Below, piece by piece: positions 22,294 through 34,997 of a DNA stretch of 64,000 nt. Every line of letters starts with the position of its first letter. Position 1 is the first letter of the stretch. Source of the DNA: Protoeuglena noctilucae (taxonomy: Eukaryota); the NCBI GenBank assembly GCA_958009085.1, contig OY253668.1:1054001-1118000 (forward strand). Reading direction: 5' to 3'. The notes under the pieces are model-generated. The model was not told the origin of the DNA. It saw only the letters and a program-made list of their open reading frames with translations, and did no database searches. A program made the translations under genes and the position numbers.

Positions 22294-25200
22294 TCACCAC
22301 ACCCCCTCCATGCCCTCGTCGTTGTCGTCCCCGTCCCCCTCCGCGTCGTCCAGCACCTGCGCCACCACCACGCTCTTCCGCAGCCGCTTCTCCAGCGTCT
22401 CCATGCGCTGGTAGATCTGGTTCTTCTCGAAGGATCCGTAGCCGGTGTAGGGGCCGCTGATGCCGCGGCGCAGGGAGAAGGACGAGGACTCGGCCACTGG
22501 GAAGGCAGAGACAGGCAGGGCTGTGCGTGAAGGGGCGGGCGCAGGGCAGTGCACGGTGGGGGTGTTGGGTGACGCTGTGAGGGCGCCGTCGGGCTGCAGC
22601 GTGCGGACGCAACGGCAGGCGTGGCGCACTCACGAGTGACGCGCTTCCCCTCCTTCTTGCCCCCGCCCTGCCTCCCCTCGCCCTCCCCGTCCTCCGCCCG
22701 CGACTTGGTCGTGGTGCGGAGGGGCGACCCGGGGGAGGCGGGGGGGCGCGACGGGGCACGGGACACGGCGGCGACCGCGATGGCCACCGACACGGCCCGC
22801 GACCGCCCGCGGCTCTTCCCCCGCGTCCGCGACTTGGGCCGCGCGCGGCGGGCGCCCGTGGACCGCGAGGCGAGTGGCACAGGCACGTCCGGGACGCCCA
22901 TGGCCGCGAACTGCGAGCTCATCTCCGCGGCGGCGGCGTCCGCCATGCGCAGGCGGGCGGGGAGCGCCACCTTGCGCTCCGCGTGCTTGCCGGCTGCGGG
23001 GACGACGGCGGTGCGTTGAGACAGTGGAGGCTGCTGCAGGTCTTGCGACCACACACTGCGCAGTCACCCTGACAAATTCTCATCTCATCCCAGCACACGC
23101 CCCGACCCATCGCCCCTCACCGTTCCTGCGCTCGGCCTCAATGCGCTCGAACTCGGCGCGCCACTGGATCCACCGTTTGTCCCGCGTCCCCATGACCTTG
23201 CCGCGGTCCTCCTCGTCGCTCGCGTCCTCGTACGTCGTCGCGCCCACCAGCCTCTCCGCCACGTCCGCCGGGCCGGGGGACCCCGCGGCCCGCGCCCCTG
23301 CCGCGCCCTTCTTGCGCCGCACCAGCGTCCCGCTGGCCGTCAGCTTCGACTCCCGGGTGGACGTCGAGCTCACGGCAGGGACCGGGCCGCGGGGGCTGAC
23401 CTCGGGCTTGGCCACTGGGGCCTTGGCCGGGCTGACGGCGGGGGCTGGGGCGGGGGTCGCGGTGACCTGGGAACACAGGGGACGATGGGACGGTGGGTCG
23501 AGGATGCTGAGGTCATCGACGATAGTGCGAGATGGCTGAGGCTCGCAGAGAGTAACAGTCACGCTTGCATGGTCCCACCCGCACCGCCTATGCGTGGCGC
23601 AGCACAGTGCAGAGCCCCTCCCTCTCCGCACCTCTCCGCCCGCCTCGCTCTCGCCCTCCCGCGCCCTCTCCTCCTCCAGCGCCCCCAGCTGCGCTGCCAG
23701 CTGCCGGTCGCTCAGCAGGTGCTTCCGGCTGCCCCGCGGCCCCATCCCCGCCCTCGACTCCGCGCGCGACACCGCCCGGGAGCTCGCCCGCGACCCCGCC
23801 TCGGACATGCGGTGCTCCACGCCGTCCTCCGCGGCCTCCGAGTACCGCCGCCGCTGCGCCTGCACCAGAGAGTCCAGCACCCCGGGGCCCACCGCGCCCA
23901 CCACCTCCTCCGCCAGCGCCACGATGCGGTCCACCAAGTCGCGATTCTCCGCCGCCAGCTCCTCTCCGTCACCCCCGGGCACCGGCAGCCCCGCCCCCGC
24001 CTCCGCCTCCCCCTCCGCCCCGCTCCCGCCCCTCTGCGCCATGGCCAGCACCCGCCGCAGCTTGCCCTGCACCTGCGCCAGCCCGCCCTTGAGCGCCAGC
24101 ATGCGCGCCGTGAAGCCCGCCCACACGCGCTGGTGGAATTCGGACCGGCGCTCCGCCTGGCGCAGGCGATCAGCCACGGCGGCGTCGGGGGCGGGGCCAG
24201 GGGCGGACGCTCCCGGGGACGCGGGCGAGCCACTCGCCGCCCCGTCCGTGGCGTTGGCGGCCGCGTCCGTCTTGGCCACCAGCAGCATGCGCCGCATGAC
24301 GTTGAGCTGCGACTCGAGCCTCTCTCGCTTGGCCTCGGCCGCGGTCGCCACCTGTCGTGCGTGGCCCTCCCGGTGGGCGCGCAGCTGCAGGTAGGGAAGG
24401 CGAGACGGGGTTGCGCGGGGTTGCGCTAGGGTCGGCCAAGACAGGGGAGCGAGTGGTGCTAGGTAGGCAGAAACTGCGGTTGCATCAAACACCCCACCCG
24501 TAGGCCACCGCTACCCCCAGCACGCCCCGCGCCCCTCGCCTTCTCCACGATGTACTCCCCCAGCTCCTCCGGGTCGTGGATCCCCGTCCGCGTCCCCAGG
24601 TCCTCGAACGCCACATCCGCGCGTGCCGCCAGCCGCTTACGCTCCTTGGTCCCCGCGCTCTCGGGGCGCCGGTCCTGCAGCAGCCACTTCATCGTGGTCC
24701 GGTTGGTGTCCACCTTAGCGGGCGAGGGGTTCGCCTGGGGGGCCGCCCGGGGCGAAGGCGGCGCGGGGTCCATGAGGGCGGCCAGGGCGTGCATCTGCTC
24801 GTTGGGGAGCCGCAACAGCTCCTGCACGGCCTCGTCGCTGCGCAGGGCGCCCTCCGCCTCGCGCAACTGCCGGTCGTGCCCCTCCCGCGCCTCGCGGTTG
24901 CGCGCCTCCTGGTCCGCCAGGCTCCTCCGCATGTCCCGCGTCGCCAGCCGCGTGTTGCGCACCTCGTCATGCAGCCGCACGAGCTCTGGGGAGGCACAGA
25001 TGCGGCGTTGGTAAAATGCAAGGCCAAAGCACGTTCCAACACACATAGCGGCGCTGTCACCCATCGGCACCACCACTTCTACAAAAAACACTCACCCGAC
25101 TCGAGGGCGTGGACCTGCGCCTGCATGTCCCCGCCCTGCTTCTGCAGCTGCACGATCTCCCTGCCCGTGCGCTCCAGCAGCCTCTCCCACATGAAGTTCT

Positions 25201-25932
25201 TGAAGGCCACCTCCGTGTGGTGGTGCTCCACGGCCGCCAGCAGCGCGTGGATCTCGGCGTGCGAACGCGGCCGCGCCCCGGACTGAAACTCCCGGATCTG
25301 GCGCTCCAGCACCGCCGTGCTCATGCCGCCCGCGAGAGACGTCGCCGTCGCCTCCGCGGCCAGCGGCACCGTCACCGTCACCGTCACCCCCGAGGGCTCC
25401 TCCCCGGGGGCGAAGTAGGCCGCCGAAGCCTCCGGAGCCGGGGCCGGGCTCAGCTTGTCGCTGGCGGGGGCTTTGCCCGCCGGGGACGCGCCTCCGCCCG
25501 GGGAGGGGCTCGCGAACGCCGAGGGCGGGCCTTTGCGCGGCGAGGGGCTTCCCGCCACCCGGGCTGCCGCCGCGATTGCCCGCGACAGCTGCTTCTCCGC
25601 CTTGAGCGCCAGGTGCACGTCCCGCAGCTCCTCCCGCCGCTGCGCGTGCATCCGGTGCACCTCGTCGTACATCTTGGTCAGGCGCTGCAGCAGGCCCTCC
25701 TGGTTGCGCAAAATGACCTCCTGGTTGTCCGACGTGATGAGCTCCAGGTCCGCGGCGCTCACGGGAGCCTCGGTCCCGAAGACGCTGCGAGAGTCAATGG
25801 GGTGGAAGAATGAGGAGAGGCCGCAGGCAAGGGAGGGCCGGGGGCGGCGCGGTGGGCGCGCGGGCGGGGGTCACAGGCGCCAGCAGCGCACCGGATGGGT
25901 CCGTGGCCTCCGCGACGCGGGCTGCGGTTCAT
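22294..25932 (-). CDS. Coiled-coil protein of unknown function; multi-exon
   Basis: Exon phases are consistent from MNRSPRRGGHGPIR/VFGTEAP onward. Long E/R/Q/A-rich helical stretches (LHDEVRNTRLATRDMRRSLADQEARNRE, KRERLESQLNVMRRMLL). Last exon ends EGMEGVW*. No recognisable family; the start is uncertain. Confidence 0.7.
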
Positions 25933-26861
25933 GGCTCCCGAGGAGTGCTGTCCCGCATCAAAAGCGACGCCGCCCTCCTTGCCGGACGCGTGGCCGACCG
26001 CAGGGCCCGCGCCTGGCGACCCATGGTCCCCTGGGCCTGTGGGAACGACGATGCGCGTTGCTGTTGCGGTGCAGCATGCGATGAAACAAAAATGGCCGGT
26101 GGAGCCTGTCTCCGCCGCGAGAATGCGAGGCCTTAACGCGCGGGAGCCTCGGAAGGGACTCGGTCGCGCGCTTGGCTGCCGCTCGCTGGCGTGCTCGACA
26201 AACAAGCTTTCTATCTCGTCATTACCAACAAAAGCGTTGCACCGTGCGGCAGGAAAGCGCGATACCGGCCTCGGGACGCTAAGCGGGCTCCAGGGGTTCC
26301 CGAGCATGTGGCGGGAACTAGGTGTCCAAGCCGGGCGTCGACTCACCTGGCATCGCCGCTCCTCGACGCCTTCAGTCGATGAAAATTGCGTGACGGTGGC
26401 GAGCTGCCCTGAATGGCGACTCTGTGGAGCCCAAATGGGCAGGACAGTCGCTGACCTGCGCGCGCCACCTCGCCGCACCAGTCCATCCAGGCGTGGGGTT
26501 GACGAGGGAAACTGGGAACACTCAACACAAATCAGTCACAAAAGCGGCCGGGGGATCGACCGCGGGTCCCGCGAGCGCAAACCCCCGCAGCCAGGGTGCC
26601 CCTCGCAAGGTCCCCTCTCGCTCTGTCCACAACTGACCGGTCCAGCAGCCCCTATTTACGTCAAGGGGCGTGAACTACCGAACATACCGTCCCCCCGAGT
26701 TCTCTACCGGCCGTCTCCTCCTCTGGCAACCGCGCCAGAGCCCCGGTGCGCAGCCAAGGTGGCCTGGGCGCCCGGCACTCGCGACAGATGTGTCGGCTGT
26801 TCGCTGAGCACCGCGTGTGTCATCGGGCAGCCCCGAGCCGGTTGTTTGAGGGGATGGCAGG

Positions 26862-29800
26862 ATGGTGAAGAGTCACGTGAAGGTGTTTGTCCGCAAGCGG
26901 CCGACAAACTCTGCAATTCCCGGCCTCAAGTTCTCCTCGGGTGAGATGGCGACAGATGCGGTGGACTGGCGCCGGCTGCGCGGTCGCGGCCGCCTGGCCC
27001 GTTGTCCTGCTCCGCGGCGCGACATGTGGCCTCGTAGGCACCATTTCCCGCGCGGGAGACGGCGCAGGAACGGACCCCGTCAGCTTTGCGAAAGAATAAC
27101 ACGTTTGAGCTCGCCACAACGCAGCGAGAACCCCTCCGCTTTCACAGATGGCAAGTCATGCGTTATTACCACCAAGGCCTCGTCGGGGGTCGGAACCGTG
27201 GACCGCGACGCTGTCCACCAGTTCAAGTTTGATGGGATTCTCGAGGGCGCGTCACAGGCGAGGGGATTTGCGACGGGTCGCGCTGCATTTGCCTCGCACA
27301 CTGCGTCCCCGCCCGTCGCTCCCGTCTCCGCGGGGCTCGCGCGGGCCGGCGCATCCGCGCGGGTTGTAGCCGCCAAGCATGTTCTTTGCGCACCCGCAGG
27401 ACACGGTCTACGACCAGGTCGCGAGCGAGATTGTCGAGAACGTGATTGCCGGGTACAACGGCACGGTCTTCTGCTATGGCCAGACGGGCGCGGGCAAGAC
27501 GTACACGATGAGCGGCAGTCCATCCGCTTTCGTGCACCGCGGCATCATCCCGCGCGCCATCAGCCACGTCTTCCGCGAGGTCGACATGCGCGTCGAGAAG
27601 CAGTTCACCATCCGCATCTCCTACCTCGAGATTTACAACGACGCTCTCTACGATCTCCTGTCCGACTCGCCCCCCGGCACCGTGGCGCTGCACGTGGTGA
27701 CCGAGGGCGGCGTGACGACGGTGCGCGGCCTCACGCAGCACGAAGTCCGTGGGGAGGAGGACGCCCTGGCCGCCTTCTTCCGGGGGGAGGCGATGCGGTC
27801 CACGGCGGAGCACGTTCTCAACAAGGAGTCCTCGCGGTCGCACTGGTGAGCGGGCGGGGGTGTCACATGGCCAGCGCAACATCGCACCGCACCCATGCCA
27901 CCACACTCTACTCTACTCCACTCCACTGTCACTGTCTGCCCCGCCTGCAGTGTCTTCACGATCCACGTCGAGGCCACCAACGCGGGCGGGCACCAGGAGC
28001 GCGCCGTGCAGTCCAAGATCAACCTGGTGGACCTGGCGGGGTCCGAGCGGACCAAGAAGACGGGCGTGGGGGGACAGACGCTCGTGGAGGCGTCCTACAT
28101 CAACAAGTCCCTCACCTTCCTCGAACAGGTGAGATTGCGCGGGGGAGGGTTGCTCACTTGCACCTCCTGAGGTGCACACATCGCATCACGGCTGCAGCCG
28201 TCACATGCGCGTCGCCGTACAGACACACCTCACCCAGCTCCATGCAAACAAGTTCAAAGCTGCGACAGCTGCCTCTGGTATCCCAATCTCTCGCCACCCA
28301 CCTCCTCTCGCCACCCACCCCTCTCACGACCCACCCTCTCGCGACCCACCCTCACCCCCGCAGGTGGTACAAGCGCTGGTCAAGCGCAGCGCTCACGTCC
28401 CCTTCCGGCAGTCCAAGCTGACGGCCGTGCTGCGCGATGCCCTGGGCGGCAACAACAAGGCCGCGATGGTCGCCAACGTGTGGCCCGAGGTGGCCAACCT
28501 GGAGGAGACGCTGAGCACGCTTCGGTTCGCGTCGCGCGTGCGGCTGCTGGAGAACGACGCGGTGGTCAACGAGAGCTCGGACCCGGCCTTCGTGATCCGC
28601 AAGCAGGAGCGGGTCATCCGGGAGCTGCGGCAGGAGCTGGCCATGCGCGACACGCTGGCGGGGAGGGGCGTCGTGGCGTATGACGACATGTCCGATGCGG
28701 ACGTGGCGGAGCTGCAGGTGAGGGACACGGGGTGGTGGAGAGGATGTGTGGAATGGGGAGTGTCGTAGGCGGGGGTGGCAAGTACGTAGCGGGATTGATG
28801 GTCAGAGAGGCCCCCTGGGTGTCACTGGGGTGTCTTGACAGTGGCATGGATGGTCTGACGTAGGCGTTTGTCGCTCCTCCAATCACACACGCTCTCATCG
28901 TCGCGTTTCGTCGCAGGCCCTGGTGCGCCGCTTCCTGGAGGGCGACGCAGAGGAGTCGGACCTGCCCACCGACACGCTCAAGCGCATCAAGGAGTGTTAT
29001 CGGCAGTTCCGGAACGTCTTCATGTCCGTGCAGGGGGAGCTGGAGGCGCGGGTGCTGCAGGCGCAGAGGTCCGTGGCGGCCGTGGAGCTGGAGAGGAAGA
29101 GGACGGAGCACCCGGGGGGGCAGGCGGCAGCGGCGGTGAGCGGGGTGGCTCACCTGGGGAGGGCTAACAGTGTGGGGGCGGTGGGGGCGCAAGGGCACCC
29201 TTCCCTCTCCTCATCAACACACTCCCCCTTATGCCCTCATGCCATGCCTTTCTTGTGGCCATAGCCATAGCCCAACCCTTCACCGTCACCCTCTCCTGTT
29301 CTCATCCCCACCACCACCACCCCCACCCCTCACACCGCAGACTGGCACCGTGGGCGACGTGGACATGTCAGAGACCATGGGGTTCCACGTGGGAACGGCC
29401 CCGCTGCACGCGCGCCCGGCGACGCACGCCATGGAGACGCCCGGACGCGCGCGCACGGGGCAGTCGAGCCGGCCCCAGTCGGGACGTGGGGGTGGGTCCC
29501 CCGGGGCACGCACGGCGGTGTCCGGGGGTCGGCCGTCGGCGAACGAGGGGGACGACGCGGGCGCTGGGCGGGAGGAGGCCTTCTACCGTTTCAAGCACGA
29601 GGAGCCCGAGGGCATCGAGCTGCACGCCGCCGCGAGGTGAGGGGACAGCACATGGGGGCTCGGCTCATGTCATGGGGCCGGGACATGAGCCCTTTCGTTC
29701 CCTCATACACCCCTCATCATGCCCACCTCTAATAAACCCATCATGCCCACCCCTCATACACCCCTCATCGTGTCCACCCCTCGTCATGCCCGCCCGTCAT

Positions 29801-30390
29801 ACACCCCCCCTCATGCGCACCCCACCCCTCATGCCCGCCCCTCTGGTCCGTCCCCTAGGTCCGCCCAGGAGAGCTACGCCCGCGCGCGCGCCGAGCTGCG
29901 CCGCCTGGTTGCCGTGGTGAACGAGTGCAAGCGGGAGATGGACGCGGAGCAGGCTAAGGTGGCAGAGCGTCGCAGGGAGGGCGCCCCGGCGGACGTGGTG
30001 GATGAGGAGGAGTGGGCGGCGCTGGGGAGGGTGCGGGAGCTCAAGGGGCAGTACCGAGGCCTCTTCGCGGAGGTGAAGGAGGCCCGGGCGAGGGCGGAGG
30101 CGGCGGCGGAGAGTCTCGCGGCGGCGCGGCAGGCGCTGGTGGCGCGGTTCCAGGACTGGCATGCGGCGGGGGAGGGAGACGTGTCGCCCCGGGGGGGCTT
30201 CCTAGACGGTGCGGAGGACGGCGGGGAGGAGGGGGAGGAGGGGGACGGGGAGGGCACGGGGGCCTTCCGCACGGCGGCACGCCAGCTGCGGGTGGGGCGG
30301 GCGTCGCCGCGCAAGTACGGTGGGCCGCGGGCGGTGGCGGAGGCGACGCGCAAGCAGGAGCAGCAGATGCGGGCCATGGCCATCGCGTGA
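26862..30390 (+). CDS. KLP1: Kinesin-9 (KIF9 / Chlamydomonas KLP1-like flagellar central-pair kinesin); about 9 exons
   Basis: MVKSHVKVFVRKRPT, FKFDGILE, YGQTGAGKTYTMSG, HRGIIPRAISHVFREVDMR, switch I NKESSRSH, switch II LVDLAGSER and HVPFRQSKLT. The N-terminus closely resembles Chlamydomonas KLP1 as recalled. Confidence 0.92.
29690..29835 (+). repeat. Intronic degenerate tandem repeat (CCCCTCAT-containing units)
   Basis: ccctcatacacccctcatcatgcccacc recurs with variation several times in the last KLP1 intron. Confidence 0.6.
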
Positions 30391-30880
30391 GGCAGGCGGC
30401 GCGCATGGGCGGGGCGGCGGCGATGCTTGAAGGGTGCCGTTTGCGCAATGACACTTTGACAATGAGTCCCTGCCTGGTTTCAAACACGTCGATCCGAATG
30501 CGACCATCGCTGTCCTTGCTGCCGAAGCGACGGCCCGAATGCGACCCTGCGCCGCGCGCAAAGTGCCCACCCTCCCTCAGTCTAATGCCCGAGACATGAC
30601 AGTCGCGGCGCCCAGTGACGGGGCTAGGATCACCGGGCACCGCCACGGCCTGCCCTGCTGCCTAAATGAGGTCTATCCCTTGCCTCCGGCAAGTCCCGAC
30701 ACGCGACTGCACCAGCGCTGATGCATGAAAGCTCCCACCCTGTAGCAACAATCACCGCCCCCCACCACCCCCCTGTCCGTCAACCCCGCATCCATTAACC
30801 CCTCGTCTGTGCCTCCATGAGCCACCAGCCACTCGCTCCCATCCATCGACCGTCATTCCCTTGGCCCCATCCATGTCCCA

Positions 30881-33538
30881 TCACCCCTTGGTCCCCCGCC
30901 ACTTGCGGTCCTTCCGCTGCACCTCCTCCAGCTTGGTCTTCCACGCCGCAGCGCCCTTTAAGTCACCCCTGGGAGTGAAACGAAGGCGGATTGAGAATGG
31001 CACTGGCACAGGCGTGGCAGCGGACTGGCAGCAGGTGAAGGTGAATGGCGCAGCTGTTGTGCGTGTCGTTGCGAGCATCCACACTAACTAACTGACTCAA
31101 GAGACCCAGGCGAGCATCAGAGAGCATCTGTGCGTTTCCACCTCACTTGATGAAGCACTGAAGGTCCTCGCGGAATCGGCTGTCGCTGGGGAGGGGGTAC
31201 CGCGTGGGGATGGGGTACGACCTTGTGGTTTCCTTGAACTGGAAGTACTTGCGAGGGCCACCCCCGCTGGCCTTCAGCCACGTCAGGTGGTCGAGCCATG
31301 AGCCGCTGATGGCATCCACGGGGCGGCCGTTGAGCTGCAAAGGAGGGGCGGTGGGGCGATCTCATGGCAGGACGGCATCTGCAATCGTACTTGTAACTCT
31401 TTAAAGAGAGGTGGTGGGGCGATGAGATGGTGCTCCTCCCACCCCCCGCCTCGATGGACCCCACCACACAACACACATGTCCCATGCCACCACTCGCCTT
31501 GATCGACCCCACAACCATGTCTGGCCGCCACAGCGCCGCCTCCTCCCCCCGGGCCCTCCGCGGCCGGGGAGGGTCCACCTCCACCTCGCACGTGACCCCG
31601 TTCATTGGGTCCTGGAAGTGGAGCACGCCCCGGTACTGCGGGAGGAGGCGAGCGACATCGTGAGGACATCGCGTAGTACCAAGATGGGTCACACGCCCCA
31701 CGTCATGCACACCTCCCGAAGCTTTACATATTTCGCCCGTGCTCACCTTGAGGTGCATCTCCCCGAACATGACGTTGAGCACGAACAACTCCGGCAGCTC
31801 CCACGTCACCACGGCGCCGTCTGCGGGGGCGCGTGCCGAGCCAGTGTGACGGCATGGGAGGGAAACCGCATCGCTTCACATGCGAAGGTCTGACCAGCGA
31901 CGGCGTGCTGCGCTGTGACAGACGCCGAGCCGCTGGGCTCCCGACGCATGCCAAAGTGCACCCTAATGCAGGCACCCCAGCGCCGTCCTCACCCGACGCG
32001 AAGTGGAGTCGGTTCTCGCCCAGCTGCCTCGCCCGCACCGAGTTGGGCTTGGTGCTTGCCTCGTAGTTGGCAATGCCGTCGAACCGGTACCGCTGCCGGG
32101 CGTCCTCCATCTGCCACGCCGACACGGGGGGGTGGTGCGAGGCCTGCTCGATGAAGAGGGACGTGCCGTCGGGGTAGGTGCCTGAGTAGGGAAGAGACGG
32201 GTCGTGCATAGCAGACGCTGTCTGTGCGAGGTGGGGCGGCTGCGGTGAGGGCGGGTGGCGCGACGTGTCACGGGGAGAGGTCGTCGCTCGCGCGTCCGCG
32301 TGTCTCACCGGCGAAGGTCTCCCCCAGGATGGGGTTGAAGGGCTTGAAGGCGCTGACTTGGCAGCTGAGCCCCGCCAGCACCCACGCGACCACGCACCGC
32401 ATCCGCTCCACGGGGTCCGTGGCGTCCGCGGCGGCGCTGAGGAGGCCCATGTGCGCCCACGACTCGGTCAGGCGCTGCAGGAAGCTGCGGCCCTCGAAGA
32501 GCTCCACGGGCATCGATATCTGCGGGTATGAGAGTCCGAACGCATGCTTGATGCGACGCGCAGGGACCGTCGAGGGCCCGGGGCAGTCATCCCATGCGAT
32601 AAGTGTCATCCCAACGCAAGCCACTCTGCGGCACGCTGTTGTCGCTGGGTGCGACCCAGCGATGGCCATCGCTCTCGCCTTGGTCAGGTTCACGCCATCC
32701 TTGAACAGCGTCCCCCCGATGCTCCGCAGCCAACGCCACACCACCGCCCGCCGCGCGCGCATCTCTTCCAGGAGCTGCGGACACGAGCGCCCCGTCAGAT
32801 CGCGCCCGGTCGACTGCAGGGGGCGCTCATCCACACGCCCGCTGGCCCCGCACCTCAGGCGTGTTCCACCGGTAGCCTCCCTTCGTCTCCGCGCCCCCTT
32901 TGGCCACTACGATGTTGTCGGGGTCGGCGGGCGCATCGTCGCCGCCCAACAGCTCGCGCGGGCTTAACGGGACGTGGGTGTTGCGCTGCGTGCATGCGGG
33001 TGCGGCGTGTTGCCAACCTCGGGGCGCCGCGTCCCCCGGCAGCGCCGCGTAAGGAAGCGCGCGCCACCTGCGAAACTAGAGCTGCGGCTCGCGGGCCCGC
33101 GCGCACCTGGGGTCCCTCCTGCCAGCCCTTATTCATGGACCGTATGCTGAGTGATCCCCTGGATGGGCGGAAAGAAGGCGGCCTTTCCTGCCAGCGCTTG
33201 CCAGCGGACGCAGATCATCGGCTTACGTTGGCCTATGCCGACAGAGGGCGCCATGCGACGGGGCAGGGGATCGATGGCTGGCAAGGTCGCCTGGGCGTGT
33301 GGAATCGCAAGCCGTCCGCGTCGTACGACGTGCTGGAATCCTGATCTGCATGGTCAAGGAAATGGGAAGCAGGGATGGATGTCTCCGTCCCAGCCCCGGC
33401 GGCCTCGCGCCAAACGCCGGCCCCGCCAGGCGTGATCCACTGCTGCTGAGCCGGGTGGGCCAACAGACTGTCCGCGACACGAGCCCGTGTCCTGACAGCA
33501 GAACCAAAGCAAGCACGCACCCGGATCGCGAAATCCAT
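30881..33538 (-). CDS. Oxysterol-binding protein (OSBP/ORP family); multi-exon
   Basis: NLTK/ISMPVELFEGRSFLQRL, KPFNPILGETF, signature EQASHHPP, LPSDSRFREDL and KTKLEEVQRKDRKWR. The 5' exons and start codon are tentative. Confidence 0.92.
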
Positions 33539-33904
33539 TGCGGCCGGAGTGCCGCGTCCTGGACATGCAACAACCCATGATCGATCCCAAAACGTGAACT
33601 CGGCCCTGCTCGGCAGAGCCCAGAGGATGCTTTCGCGACAGAGTCTCCCGGAGCTGCCCCAGGACGCGGGAGCCAGACGGCGACACCGACTTCTGACGAC
33701 CTGAAAAGCGAACAGGGGCGATTGCCTCCGCGCCTGGATCCATTTCTCGAACGAGTTGTATGTAGAGAGGCACCGCTGCGTGCGCTCGGCATCATCCAGG
33801 CTTCCCAAGGTCCACAAAGCCAAGTGTCGCCTCTGGCGCCTCGTTCGCCCCGCTTCGGGGAGTCCTGGCCCATCAGCGTTTTGACATAGGCGGGGCACGT
33901 TGGA

Positions 33905-34692
33905 ATGACGTCGGAGGAGCCCCCGGCGCGGGCGAAGGGGCGCGCGGGGGCAACGGGGAAGGGCGGGAACACGACGGGGGTAGCTGCTGCAGGTCAGGGC
34001 GTGGGACGCCGCGCAGGTCGCTGAGGCCCGTAGAGGCGCTTTGTACTTCATCATCACGAGCCATCGCTACCATCCTTGGGTCAAACCACCCAGCTGGACG
34101 CGACCTGCGCCCCACGCATTCCGCAGAAGAGCCGGAGGACGTGCTGGCCATCAAGAATGCGCTCAAGGCCATGGGAGTCGCTGAGTACGAGCCTGGTGTC
34201 ATGCAGCTGCTCATGAACTACATGTACAGGTGACGGGAGGGAGTGGCAACGGGGGGTTTGAGCAGGAATTGGCTCCCTTCAGCACCCACGATGACTCAGC
34301 CATCGCCCTCGGCTGCAGGTGCGCGGCGGACGTGGTGCACGACGCGGAGAAGTACGTGCACCTGGCGGGGCAAGACCGGGTCACCTACGACGACGTCATG
34401 CTCGCCGTGCAGTCCATGCAAGTGCAGCTGCAGGGTCAGATCCCCACCCCGGACGACCTCCTCGGCCTCGCGAGGCAGAAGAACATCAAGCCGCTGCCGA
34501 AGCCGCTTGCTGAGGTGACGCGCACATCCGCATGGCGATTGTCTCGGACGATTGCGTGTGGGCGGCCCCTGACGGCCTCCCGACAGCACCTCGCAGGTGA
34601 CGATGAGCCTCCCCGTGTCCGAGAAGACGCAAACGACGCTCCAGCAGAACTATCGTGTTGTGGGCACCGAGCCGGCGGGAGGGAAGAGCTGA
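33905..34692 (+). CDS. TAF9: Transcription initiation factor TFIID subunit 9 (histone fold); 4 exons
   Basis: PEDVLAIKNALKAMGVAEYEPGVMQLLMNYMYR/CAADVVHDAEKYVHLAG...DDVMLAV, PTPDDLLGLARQKNIKPLP and a C-terminal LQQNY, all matching the TFIID-31kDa family pattern. Confidence 0.88.
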
Positions 34693-34997
34693 ATCGCGCG
34701 GTGGCCCCTAGCATATGTTTCTGGCATTGAAATTCGCCGCGTTGAAGGCCTCGTTCGCCCGCCTGGCCATCTCGTTTCTCGCGGGGGCGGAGTGGGCGCA
34801 TACTCACCGAGTGGCGTCGGCGTTTCGTCAGCAAGGGCACTAGCCGGGCGCACGATCGCTCACGTTGCCCTCTTTTGGGCGGGGGAGTGCACGCTGGATG
34901 ATGACGCTGCATGACATCAGTTCCAATCGCTGGCTTCTCTTCAGCGGTGAGACGTGGTTTGTCGAAGGCGCGGGCATTTCGCGCAGAGGAGCAGCGG

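Noticed and set aside
34513..34602. 8-bp direct repeat AGGTGACG at both ends of TAF9 intron 3 (possible target-site duplication)
   Set aside because: AGGTG is the ordinary proto-splice consensus, so the three extra matching bases in a single case are compatible with chance.
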